Below are positions 9,817 through 19,147 of a stretch of 64,000 nt of DNA, one piece after another. The stretch is taken from positions 68,064-132,063 of the forward strand of contig CAVQAG010000017.1 in the NCBI GenBank assembly GCA_963710455.1, read 5' to 3'. Source of the stretch: an uncultured delta proteobacterium (GTDB lineage Bacteria; Desulfobacterota; Binatia; Binatales; Binataceae). The notes below the pieces were generated by a model. The model worked only from the letters and a program-made list of their open reading frames with translations. It did not search any database and was not told the origin of the DNA. Every line of letters starts with the position of its first letter. Position 1 is the first letter of the stretch. The position numbers were made by a program, and so were the translations under genes.

Positions 9817-10236
9817 ATGCCACGAAGGAAAGGCTCCGCATCGACTGCGTCCGCTATGCGCCAGGTTCAGCGCCAGGCCGGCGCGGTGCTCGCCAAGTTG
9901 CGCAAAGATATCCGCGCCATGGAAACTGAGCTCGCACGGCTCAAGCATGATGAAGAACTGTGGGGCCGGCTCACCGGACGCGGTAGTGCCGGCCGCGGTG
10001 TTGCACGTGCGCCGCGGGCTGCAAGCGGCGGCGGTGGTGGCGGGGGCGGAGGTGGAGGGCGGATCAATTGGCGCAACGTGCTCGCGCAATTGCCCAAACA
10101 GTTCAAGGCCTCCAATGTTCGCCAGGTGCGCGGACTTAAGGATAAGCGTCCATCGGAAATCTTCGCCGCGATCACTCGCTGGATCGAATCCGGGCTGGCC
10201 AAGCGCAAAACTCGCGGGCTTTACGAAAAATCCTAG
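9817..10236 (+). CDS. Hypothetical basic protein: coiled coil + poly-Gly linker + putative winged-helix DNA-binding domain
   Basis: AAGGAG RBS upstream of ATG. Heptad segment LAKLRKDIRAMETELARLK, long Gly run, C-terminal domain ending KRKTRGLYEK. Confidence 0.7.
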   Translation: MPRRKGSASTASAMRQVQRQAGAVLAKLRKDIRAMETELARLKHDEELWGRLTGRGSAGRGVARAPRAASGGGGGGGGGGGRINWRNVLAQLPKQFKASNVRQVRGLKDKRPSEIFAAITRWIESGLAKRKTRGLYEKS

Positions 10237-10376
10237 CGCGCTTAGCGCGTCAACGGATTCGCATCGCCATTCTCGCGGCAGTGCCGGTGCATGTGCCATC
10301 GCACAACGACACGGTACTGCCGCGGCCTACCCAAGGCGTATCGCACGCAGAAAATATATACTTTTGCTGCGCTGCT

Positions 10377-10405
10377 GCATTCGTGTGAGCAGCTCACACG
10401 GATGC
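10377..10405. promoter_or_regulatory. 29 bp near-perfect inverted repeat upstream of mtnA
   Basis: GCATTCGTGTGAGC-A-GCTCACACGGATGC: 14 bp arms with one mismatch. Confidence 0.5.
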
Positions 10406-10468
10406 GTTCAAAAATTGCCCCAAGGGGAGATGTTCGTCACTGACGTTCCCTGATTCGACTGGTTAGAA

Positions 10469-11506
10469 ATGTCTGTAAATACCATCGAATGGCGCAATGA
10501 CGCGGTCCGCATGATCGACCAGCGCCTGCTGCCGGCTCGCGAGGTCATCCGCGTCTACCGCGATTGGCGGGGCGTCGCCGGGGCGATCCGCACGATGGTG
10601 ATTCGTGGCGCACCTGCGATCGGAGTGGCGGCCGCGATGGGCGTGGCGCTGGGAATTCGCGGATCGAGCGGCGCACGTGCTCGTACGCGCTTCGCCCAAG
10701 TAGCCAAGGGACTCCGCGCGACGCGGCCGACCGCAGTTAACCTGGCTTGGGCGGTCGAGCGGATGGGCCAGGTGGTCGAACGCGGGCTCGGGCTCGACGC
10801 GGCACATCTTTTCCGGCGCCTTCGTGATGAGGCGCTGGCCATTTATGAGGAAGATCTTGCTGCCAACCGTTCGTTGGGCCGCTTCGGCGCGACGCTGCTT
10901 GCGGACCCCGCAACCGTGCTCACGCATTGCAATGCCGGCGCGCTCGCCACCGCGGGCTACGGCACCGCGCTAGGAGTGGTACGCGCCGCGCGAGAGGCGG
11001 GCAAGAAGGTCGTCGTTATCGCGGACGAGACGCGGCCCTTTTTGCAGGGCGCGCGTCTGACCGCATGGGAGCTGCATAAGGACCACATCCCGGTAACGGT
11101 CATTGCCGACAACATGGCGGCTAGCGTAATCCGAAGCGGAGGCGTGAGCTGCGTAGTCGTCGGGACGGATCGTACGGCGGCCAACGGCGACGTCGCTAAC
11201 AAGATCGGGACCTATCCGCTGGCCGTGATGGCCAGGCGCCACGGCGTGCCGTTTTACGTGGCCGCACCGCTCTCTTCAATTGATCTCGAATGCTCGAGCG
11301 GAGCTGAAATTCCGATCGAGGAAAGATCCGCGGACGAAATAACTCATCTCGGAGGCAGGCGGATCACGCCCAAGGGCGTCAAAGTCTTCAATCCGGCTTT
11401 CGACGTAACTCCGGCCGAACTGGTCACTGCGATCATAACCGAACGCGGGATCGCCTATCCGCCATACCAGGAAACCCTGGCTGCGCTCAAAAAACGCACA
11501 GTCTGA
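10469..11506 (+). CDS. mtnA: S-methyl-5-thioribose-1-phosphate isomerase
   Basis: IDQRLLP, IRGAPAIG, RPTAVNL, THCNAGALAT, DETRPFLQGARLT, NKIGT, NPAFDVTP. Confidence 0.95.
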   Translation: MSVNTIEWRNDAVRMIDQRLLPAREVIRVYRDWRGVAGAIRTMVIRGAPAIGVAAAMGVALGIRGSSGARARTRFAQVAKGLRATRPTAVNLAWAVERMGQVVERGLGLDAAHLFRRLRDEALAIYEEDLAANRSLGRFGATLLADPATVLTHCNAGALATAGYGTALGVVRAAREAGKKVVVIADETRPFLQGARLTAWELHKDHIPVTVIADNMAASVIRSGGVSCVVVGTDRTAANGDVANKIGTYPLAVMARRHGVPFYVAAPLSSIDLECSSGAEIPIEERSADEITHLGGRRITPKGVKVFNPAFDVTPAELVTAIITERGIAYPPYQETLAALKKRTV

Positions 11507-11631
11507 GAAAACACCCGCTCGCACATTTTCGTTTGCTCACAAAGATTAGCTACTCTCGGCAGTGAACAGCATGCGGGCTAGTGTAGGCGTCAGATCGTCC
11601 AAATCGTCACTACTCGCGTCAGCTATTCTCG

Positions 11632-12438
11632 TTAGTTGCGCCGGCCAACCGCTCGCGCGAGCCCATCGCCGAGCAGGTTGAAACCCAGCACCGAAGCGCC
11701 GATCGCGACGGCCGGCGCGGTAGTCAGATGCGGCGCCACCAGCAGGAACGTACGCCCGGTGTCGAGCATGTTGCCCCAGCTCGGCGCGGGCGGAAGCACT
11801 CCAAGACCGAGGAAGGACAGCGCGGCTTCGGCTATGATGATTCCGCCGACGCCGAAAGTCGCCTGAACCGCGACCGGGCCAGCCAAGCCGGGCAGCAGAT
11901 GGCGAAAAAGCAAACGGCCGGGCGACGCACCAAGCGCGCGCGCGGCCTCCACGTATTCGCGCTCGCGCAGCGACAACACTTCGCCGCGGACCAGTCTCGC
12001 ATAGCCGGTCCATCCCATCGCGCTCAGCGCTACCACAAGGTCGAGTAGGCCCGGACCCAGAATCGCGGCGAGCGCGATCGCAAGTAGAAAGCCGGGAAAC
12101 GCCAACACGACATCGACCAGGCGCATCACCACCGAGTCGACGCGTCCACCGGCCAGTGCCGAAGCGCCGCCGATGAGGCTGCCGGCGGCGAGCGAGAGCA
12201 TCACCACCGCGGTCGCGACCATCAGCGAAAGACGCGCACCCCACAGGGTGCGAGCAAGCATGTCACGCCCGAGCGCGTCGCATCCTAGCCAGTGGCTCCG
12301 GCCCGGCGGCGCAAGCACTTGGGTGAGATCGATAGCGAGCGGATCGGCATGCACCACGAGCGGCCCCAACGCGGCAGTCAACGCGAGGATCGCGACGATC
12401 GCAGCACCCGCGACGAGTGACAGATTACGCCGCGCCAC
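11632..12438 (-). CDS. Peptide/nickel ABC transporter permease (DppC/OppC-like)
   Basis: HWLGCDALGRD, ARLVRG, EAA loop YVEAARALG, LSFLGLG, PSWG. Confidence 0.9.
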   Translation of the reverse strand: MARRNLSLVAGAAIVAILALTAALGPLVVHADPLAIDLTQVLAPPGRSHWLGCDALGRDMLARTLWGARLSLMVATAVVMLSLAAGSLIGGASALAGGRVDSVVMRLVDVVLAFPGFLLAIALAAILGPGLLDLVVALSAMGWTGYARLVRGEVLSLREREYVEAARALGASPGRLLFRHLLPGLAGPVAVQATFGVGGIIIAEAALSFLGLGVLPPAPSWGNMLDTGRTFLLVAPHLTTAPAVAIGASVLGFNLLGDGLARAVGRRN

Positions 12439-12492
12439 TATCTATTTCCTAAAGCTCGCCGATGTGTCGCAATCAGCATTGCGGGCGTCGGG

Positions 12493-13419
12493 TCAATTGC
12501 GCACGAGGCGAATCCGCGGGTCAACCATGCCGTAGACCAAATCGGTGGCCATGTTGACCGTTACGTAGCTGAGCGCGAAGGTAAGCACGCATCCTTCGAC
12601 CAGCGGATAATCGCGCGCGCTGATCGCGGCGATCAGCAGCCGCCCTATTCCGGGCCACGAAAAGATCATCTCGGTAACGATCGCGCCGGTCAGCAGCGCG
12701 CCAGCCTCGAGACCGAGCAGAGTAATCACCGGCGTCAGCGCGTTGCGCAATCCGTGACGAATCAACGCGTCGAACGCACCAAGCCCCTTGCTGCGCGCGG
12801 TCCGGATATAGTCCGCCTCGCGCACCTGGACGAGACTCTGACGCAGCATCCGCGCCAGGATCGCCGCGAGCGCCGTTCCCAGCGTCACCGCGGGCAGCAC
12901 CAGATGCTCCAAGCCGCCGCGCCCGGTCAGCGGAAACCATCCGAGGTCGAGTGAGAAGACGATCATCATTAACGGGCCGAGGCAAAGATGCGGCACGGAG
13001 ATGCCAAGGATCGCAAAGCTCATCGCACCGACGTCGGCGACGCCGCCGGGATTGGCGCCGGCGATAAGGCCGAGCGGGAAGGCGATGACCATCGCGACCA
13101 GCAGTGCGGCGCCCGCCAACTCCAGCGTGGCGGGGAACCGTTCCGCGATTAACCGCGCCACAGGCTCTTTCATCGAAATCGACTGGCCCAGGTCGCCGCG
13201 CGCAAGTCCCCATAAGAAGCCCGCGTATTGATCCGCGATCGGACGGTCGAGCCCGAGCCCGTGGCGCATCCCAGCGATATCCGCGGGCCCCGCAGTGTCG
13301 CCGAGCATGGCGACCACCGGATCGCCCGGCACGAGATGGATGAGCGCGAAGGTCAGCGTCGCGACGCCCAGCGCGACCGGAACGAGCGCCGCGAGGCGGT
13401 GGACGAAGTAGCCAATCAC
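12493..13419 (-). CDS. Peptide/nickel ABC transporter permease (DppB/OppB-like)
   Basis: PGDPV, GDLGQS, DYIRTARSKGL, RDYPLV, DPRIR. GTG start overlaps the SBP stop. Confidence 0.9.
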   Translation of the reverse strand: MIGYFVHRLAALVPVALGVATLTFALIHLVPGDPVVAMLGDTAGPADIAGMRHGLGLDRPIADQYAGFLWGLARGDLGQSISMKEPVARLIAERFPATLELAGAALLVAMVIAFPLGLIAGANPGGVADVGAMSFAILGISVPHLCLGPLMMIVFSLDLGWFPLTGRGGLEHLVLPAVTLGTALAAILARMLRQSLVQVREADYIRTARSKGLGAFDALIRHGLRNALTPVITLLGLEAGALLTGAIVTEMIFSWPGIGRLLIAAISARDYPLVEGCVLTFALSYVTVNMATDLVYGMVDPRIRLVRN

Positions 13420-15020
13420 CTGCGCGCGCTCCCCGACTCGGGCGTCAGCGACACGGTTGCGAGCGAGCGCAAGCTGCCGTTGGGAAGCGGTATGAAACCA
13501 TTGACGCGGCGATTCATCACTACCACGTTGTCCATCCACCACAACGAGACGTACGGCAGATCCGTGGCGGCGATCTTTTGCACCTCGCCGTAGATCTTGC
13601 GGCGCGCGACGGGATCGAGCGTCACTTCACCCTGCTCCAGCAGACGGTCCATCGCGGGATTCGAGTAGTTACCGCGGTTGGAGCCGTTGGGCGGCGTCAT
13701 TTTCGAATCGAATACCATGAAGTACTGGTGCGTAAGGTCGGTTGCGACCCAATCGAGCGAGGTCAAATCGAAGTTGCCCTTCTGTATATCGCTATAGAAG
13801 GTCGCGAACTCATTGGTCCGTATGTCGAGCGTGATGCCGATGCGCCGCAGCATCGCCTGGATTGCCTCACCAAGCCGCCGTCCCTCCGGCGTGGTTTTGT
13901 ATACGAACTTCAAATCTCGCATCCCGGTTGGGCCGATAGGATAACCGGCCTCGTCGAGCAGCCTGGAGGCCTTGAACGGATCGTATGGATAACGCGTCAC
14001 GTCGCCGCTGTAGGCCCAGTTCTCGGGCGCGAGCATTCCACTCGCGACGCGGGCGGTGCCTTTGTATAACGAGCCGACGATTGCTTCGCGGCTGATCGCG
14101 TAGGCAATTGCCTGGCGCACGCGAAGGTCGCGCAGATGCGGATCGCGGAAGTTGAATTCCAGGTAATAGTATTCGCTTCCCGGCGACTGGTCGATCACGA
14201 GGTCGGGCCGCATTCCGAGATAGCCGAGCAGATCGGGTTGAATATTGTTCTCGGCCAGATCGCAGACGCCCTCGGCAAGCTCCAGCGCGCGAACCGTCGG
14301 ATCGGGAACCACTTTGAAAACAATTCCGGGGATGCCCCCCGGCGTGTTCGCGCGGGCGGGATTGCGCGCGAGGACCAACGACTCGTCATGTGCGAAACTA
14401 ACAATCTCAAACGCGCCGCTGGCCGCCGGCCATCGCGAAGCACCCTTACCGGGCAGCGGCGTTCCGTCTGGCACTACGCCCATCGTCGCCATCTCCAGCG
14501 CCGGCGCATATGGTCCTTTGGTCGTCATCACGACGGTTGCGTCGTCGGGCGCGGCGATAGCAGCGAGCTTCCGCAGCCCGATTCGCTTGGGTGAGACGCT
14601 GGCAGGGTCGAGAATCGAATTGTAGGTATAGATGACGTCGCGAGCGGTGAGCGGCCGCCTGTCGCTGAAGCGCAAGCCGCGGCGCAGATGGAAAACCAGC
14701 CTGGTGGGCGATGGCCGCTCGAAGCTCTCGGCCAGGTCGCCGAAGAAATGTCCGTGCGCGTCGACTCTGACCAGCGAATCGTAGACCAGCTCACCGGTGC
14801 GCGAGGAAATCGCATCAGTTGCGAACCGTGGGTCGAGCGCGATCGGCGACGTTTCGAGGTCAACCTGGAGATAGCCCGATGGAGCGGCTGGCGCCGCGCG
14901 ATGGTGGCCACCGACGGTCCAGACGAACGCTGCGGCGACGAGCGCGATTACCACGGCCACGCGGCCAAGGGCGAAGATCGCACCCGGCCAGGATGCCTGC
15001 CTGCTCGTCGTCTCGCTCAT
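13416..15020 (-). CDS. ABC transporter substrate-binding protein, family 5
   Basis: LDPRFATD, LRRGLRFSDxxPLTARDV, DLRVRQAIAYAI; N-terminal membrane anchor. No ATPase gene adjacent. Confidence 0.9.
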   Translation of the reverse strand: MSETTSRQASWPGAIFALGRVAVVIALVAAAFVWTVGGHHRAAPAAPSGYLQVDLETSPIALDPRFATDAISSRTGELVYDSLVRVDAHGHFFGDLAESFERPSPTRLVFHLRRGLRFSDRRPLTARDVIYTYNSILDPASVSPKRIGLRKLAAIAAPDDATVVMTTKGPYAPALEMATMGVVPDGTPLPGKGASRWPAASGAFEIVSFAHDESLVLARNPARANTPGGIPGIVFKVVPDPTVRALELAEGVCDLAENNIQPDLLGYLGMRPDLVIDQSPGSEYYYLEFNFRDPHLRDLRVRQAIAYAISREAIVGSLYKGTARVASGMLAPENWAYSGDVTRYPYDPFKASRLLDEAGYPIGPTGMRDLKFVYKTTPEGRRLGEAIQAMLRRIGITLDIRTNEFATFYSDIQKGNFDLTSLDWVATDLTHQYFMVFDSKMTPPNGSNRGNYSNPAMDRLLEQGEVTLDPVARRKIYGEVQKIAATDLPYVSLWWMDNVVVMNRRVNGFIPLPNGSLRSLATVSLTPESGSARR

Positions 15021-15108
15021 TGGGGGCGGCGTGATAATAGCACACGCATGCGGCGCATCAGTCTGCTATCAGGCTGCGATGTATGAATCCGGCGTGGAGG
15101 ACGCACTA

Positions 15109-15633
15109 ATGGACCAGGGCTGGCACTCGAAAATCATCCTCCGTAAGGGCGACCTGACCGAAGCCGCGGTGGACGCGATCGTCAACGCGGCCAACAATGA
15201 TCTGATCCTGGGCGGCGGCGTGGCCGGAGCAATTCGCGCAAAAGGGGGGCCCTCGATCCAGGCCGAATGCGACAAGCTCGGGCCGATCCCGATCGGTGAG
15301 GCTGCGATCACGTGCGCCGGCAAGTTGCGCGCGCGCTACGTGATCCACGCGGCCTCGATGCGGCTTGGCGGACGCACGAGCGAGACGGCGCTGCGCGATT
15401 CCACCCGCAATTCGCTAAAGCGCGCGGCTGAAGAAAAGCTCAAGTCGATCGCCTTTCCGGCGATCGGCACCGGGATCGCCGGCTTTCCGATCGAGCGATG
15501 CGCGGCGGTGATGCTGGAGGAAATTCGCAACCATCTGCGTGCAGGTACAACGCTTGAGCGAATCGAACTGGTGCTGTTTGACGAGCATGCACTCCACGCA
15601 TTTCAGGACGCACTCGCGCACACGGTCGACTGA
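15109..15633 (+). CDS. Macro-domain (O-acetyl-ADP-ribose deacetylase-like) protein
   Basis: GDLT, DAIVNAAN, GGGVAGAI, FPAIGTGIAGF; GGAGG RBS. Confidence 0.92.
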   Translation: MDQGWHSKIILRKGDLTEAAVDAIVNAANNDLILGGGVAGAIRAKGGPSIQAECDKLGPIPIGEAAITCAGKLRARYVIHAASMRLGGRTSETALRDSTRNSLKRAAEEKLKSIAFPAIGTGIAGFPIERCAAVMLEEIRNHLRAGTTLERIELVLFDEHALHAFQDALAHTVD

Positions 15634-15655
15634 GACATCGTCGGCGAAAGTCGGC

Positions 15656-17257
15656 CTAATGCGCGGCGGAAGGGCCGCCTGAGCGTTGGCCTCTGCGCAA
15701 CAGTAGAAAGCCCGGGATCATCAGCGCCATCACGACCGCGAGGATCCGGTAGATGTCGTTGAAAGAAAGAATCGCGGCCTGCGCCTGGATCGCGTTGTAG
15801 ATAATCCCGAACCCCTGATGCTGCCCAGTTATCATCTGCGGCAGGTAATTGAAGGACGGCGCGCCCGGCATTCGCGGCGCGCGCTCGCTGAGCTTCCAGG
15901 CGTCGAAGATCGAGAGATGCTCGGCCAGGCGCGACTGATGAATCTGCTCATGGTCGACCAGCATCGTAGTCATGTAGGCGATTCCAATTGCGGCGCCCGT
16001 GTTGCGCATCATGTTGTAAAGGCTCGCGGCGTAGCCAATCTTCTCGCGTGCGACGACCGACAACGAACTCGCCGAAAGTGTCGGAAAGATCATTCCCATG
16101 CCGAGGCCCATCACAACGCTCGGGATGACGACCACCAACAGGCTGACGTCGAGGTCCCAGCCCGACATGGTCCAGAGGCCCATCGTCATCAGGATGAAGC
16201 CTGCGCCGACCAGCGGACGCGTGTCGAAACCGCGGCGCGCAATCTGCCCGACCACTACCATCGACAGCATCGTCGCAAGGCCGCGCGGCGCAAGCACCAG
16301 CCCCGCCTTCCACGCCGTGTAGCCCATGAACTCCTGCAGGAAAATCGGCATCAGCAGGCCAGTGCCATAAAGCACGGAACTCATTGCAACGATCAGGACC
16401 AATCCAACGCTGAATACTTTTATTTTGAGGATGCGCAGATCGAGAATCGGGTCGGCAATGCGTAGCTCGTTGATCGCGAGGATGATCAGCGCGGCGGCGC
16501 TCAACAAACTGGTCCATACCACCCAGGCCGAGGCGAACCAGTCGGCGCGCTGACCGCGGTCGAGCACGATTTGCATCGCGCCCAGCCCGACCACCAGGCA
16601 GGCGATGCCCACGTAGTCGACCTTGGCGCCGCGCGCACGATGCTGGCGCAGGAAGGGAGGATCGTGCACAAACGCCGAGACCATCAGGAATGCGATGATG
16701 CCGATGGGCACGTTGATGTAGAAATTCCAGCGCCAGTTCCAGTTGTCGGTGATCCAGCCGCCTAACGTCGGTCCCATGATCGGCGCGACCATCAGGCCGA
16801 CGCCCCACGTCGCCATCGCGAGCTGTTGCTCGGCGGGCGGAAAGGTCTCCATCAGGATGGCTTGCGACGAGGGCACCATCGCGGCGCCCGCCGCACCCTG
16901 GATCAGGCGAAAGACCACCATCTGGTCGAGCGAGCCGGCCGCGCCGCAGAGTGCCGAAGCGATCACGAAGACCGACACCGAGGTCATGAAGTAGCGCTTG
17001 CGGCCGAAGCGCGACGAGATCCAGCCGGTCATCGGGATCATGATGCCGTTGGCGACCAGGTAGCTGGTCAGCACCCACGCGATTTCGTCGACGCTGGCCG
17101 AGAAGCTGCCCTGCATGTGCGGCAGCGAGACGTTGACGATCGAAGTATCGAGCACTTCGAGCGTAGTGCCGAGCATCACGGCCAGCGCGACCAGCCACTT
17201 GTGCGAAGCCGTGGCAGGCTCGGCGTGCGCCGCCGTGATCGGTACTGCTGCTTCCAT
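15656..17257 (-). CDS. DHA2/EmrB-family MFS efflux permease (paralog 2)
   Basis: LDTSIVNVSLP, WVLTSYL, RFGRKR, GPTLGGWITDNWNWRWNFYINVP. Confidence 0.92.
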   Translation of the reverse strand: MEAAVPITAAHAEPATASHKWLVALAVMLGTTLEVLDTSIVNVSLPHMQGSFSASVDEIAWVLTSYLVANGIMIPMTGWISSRFGRKRYFMTSVSVFVIASALCGAAGSLDQMVVFRLIQGAAGAAMVPSSQAILMETFPPAEQQLAMATWGVGLMVAPIMGPTLGGWITDNWNWRWNFYINVPIGIIAFLMVSAFVHDPPFLRQHRARGAKVDYVGIACLVVGLGAMQIVLDRGQRADWFASAWVVWTSLLSAAALIILAINELRIADPILDLRILKIKVFSVGLVLIVAMSSVLYGTGLLMPIFLQEFMGYTAWKAGLVLAPRGLATMLSMVVVGQIARRGFDTRPLVGAGFILMTMGLWTMSGWDLDVSLLVVVIPSVVMGLGMGMIFPTLSASSLSVVAREKIGYAASLYNMMRNTGAAIGIAYMTTMLVDHEQIHQSRLAEHLSIFDAWKLSERAPRMPGAPSFNYLPQMITGQHQGFGIIYNAIQAQAAILSFNDIYRILAVVMALMIPGFLLLRRGQRSGGPSAAH

Positions 17258-17267
17258 CCAGCGGGCG

Positions 17268-18878
17268 TTATTCGGCGAGAGCGGTCATGACCTGGGCCTG
17301 CGGCTGGCGCCGGGCGCGCCTAAGCCCGATAAACGCGGGCACCATCACGAGCATCAACACGGCCATGATCCGGTACAGGTCGTCGAAGGACAAAATTGCG
17401 GCTTGCGCCGTCACCATCTCGTACACTCTGCCAAGGCCCTGCTTCTGACCCGTCACCAACTGTCCCATGAAATGAAACGGCGGGCTGCCCGGCATGAGCG
17501 AGCCCCGCTGGCTGAGGCGCCACGCGTCGAACACCGATAGATGCTCGACCAGCCTCGACTGGTGAACCTGCTCATAGTTTACCAGCATGTTGGTGAGATA
17601 CGAGATGCCCATCGCCGCCCCGGTGTTGCGCATCAGATTGAACAGGCTTGCCGCATCGCCCATTCGGTCGCGTGGGATGTTCGCAAATCCCACCGCCGCG
17701 AGTACCGGGAACAGCATTCCCAGACCCGCGCCGAGCACGAGGCTGTCGATCACGACCACGCGCATGCTCACGTCGAGGCTCCATTGCGCCATCCACCAGA
17801 GCCCGATCGCGGAGAGCAGGAACCCCAGCCCGACCATCGGGCGCGTATCGACCCTCAGCCGCGCCACCTGTCCCACCGCGAACATCGAAAACATTGCGGC
17901 CGCCGCACGCGGCACCATCATCAGTCCCGCTCGCCACGCCGTGTAGCCCATCAGCTCCTGCAGAAAAATCGGCATCAGCAAGCCCGTGCCCCACAGCGTC
18001 GCGCTCAACACCACCATCAAGAGCACGGTCAGCGCGAAGACCCGGTCCTTGAGGATCCGCAGATCGATAATCGGCTGCGGAAACAGCAGCTCGTTGACCA
18101 CCAGGGTCAGAATCGCGAGCGCTGCGCACACGGTCGCCGACACCACCCAGGTCGAAGCAAACCAGTCGGCGCGTTGGCCACGATCGAGTACGATTTGCGT
18201 CAATCCCAGTCCGATGACGAGGCACGCTATGCCGAGATAATCGACGCGTCCTCCTTTCGAGCGCCGCTGGCGCAAGTACGGCGGGTCATGCACGAACGCG
18301 TAGACCATCGCGATGGCAACGATTCCGATCGGGATGTTGATATAGAAGTTCCAACGCCAGTTCCAATTGTCCGTAATCCAGCCACCAAGCGTAGGTCCGA
18401 GGATCGGCGCGATCATCAGGCCCACGCCCCAGGTCGCCATCGCCATCTGCTGCTCTTCGGGCGCAAACGTCTCCATCAGGATCGCTTGCGAGGACGGGAG
18501 CATCGCCGCACCTGCCGCACCCTGCGCGAGCCTGAATAGAACCATCTGCCCCAGCGATTGCGCCGCGCCGCATGCCGCCGAGGCGGCGACGAATGTCGCT
18601 ACCGAAGTCAGGAAGTAGCGCTTGCGGCCGAAGCGCGCGGAGATCCAGCCGGTCATCGGGATCATGATGCCGTTGGCGACCAGGTAGCTGGTGACCACCC
18701 AGGCGATTTCATCCACGCTGGCCGAGAAGCTGCCCTGCATGTGTGGCAGCGAGACGTTGACGATCGAAGTATCGAGCACCTCGAGCACGGTGCCCAACAT
18801 CACCGCGAGCGCTATCAGCCACTTGTGCGCGGCGACAGGGCGCTCATCGGCGAGAGGAATCGCGCTTGCGCTGGCCAC
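17268..18878 (-). CDS. DHA2/EmrB-family MFS efflux permease (paralog 1)
   Basis: Same motif set as the neighbour; 10 bp gap between the two genes. Confidence 0.92.
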   Translation of the reverse strand: MASASAIPLADERPVAAHKWLIALAVMLGTVLEVLDTSIVNVSLPHMQGSFSASVDEIAWVVTSYLVANGIMIPMTGWISARFGRKRYFLTSVATFVAASAACGAAQSLGQMVLFRLAQGAAGAAMLPSSQAILMETFAPEEQQMAMATWGVGLMIAPILGPTLGGWITDNWNWRWNFYINIPIGIVAIAMVYAFVHDPPYLRQRRSKGGRVDYLGIACLVIGLGLTQIVLDRGQRADWFASTWVVSATVCAALAILTLVVNELLFPQPIIDLRILKDRVFALTVLLMVVLSATLWGTGLLMPIFLQELMGYTAWRAGLMMVPRAAAAMFSMFAVGQVARLRVDTRPMVGLGFLLSAIGLWWMAQWSLDVSMRVVVIDSLVLGAGLGMLFPVLAAVGFANIPRDRMGDAASLFNLMRNTGAAMGISYLTNMLVNYEQVHQSRLVEHLSVFDAWRLSQRGSLMPGSPPFHFMGQLVTGQKQGLGRVYEMVTAQAAILSFDDLYRIMAVLMLVMVPAFIGLRRARRQPQAQVMTALAE

Positions 18879-19147
18879 GCGAGACTACCCGGCCGTGAGC
18901 CGCTTCCAGCTGGCTCGGCCACGTGCAAGCGAGATCGCGACGGTGCCGGTCTTCCCCATCGACGGCCCTGTCCCTCCCCTGAGTCCGTGGTCCCAGGATG
19001 CCCAACTATGCTCCAGCAATCGGGACTTGAAAAGGCAGCAGTGGGAACGGTGTGCTCTCCACAACCTCGCCCGCCACGCCGCCAAGCTGTGAAGTGATCA
19101 GGCGATGCGATGCTGACAACGTCGCGCGCGCAAAGTACGCTTTCATT

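Noticed and set aside
9371-9841. Small ORFs 9371-9607 (+) and 9632-9841 (-)
   Set aside because: Atypical codon usage, no recognisable motifs, and one overlaps the start of the real gene.
10237-10468. SAM riboswitch upstream of mtnA
   Set aside because: No recognisable SAM-I or SAM-II core sequences; only simple inverted repeats.
15109-15633. Macro domain as DarG antitoxin or defence component
   Set aside because: Stand-alone YmdB-like size with no adjacent ADP-ribosyltransferase or sirtuin.
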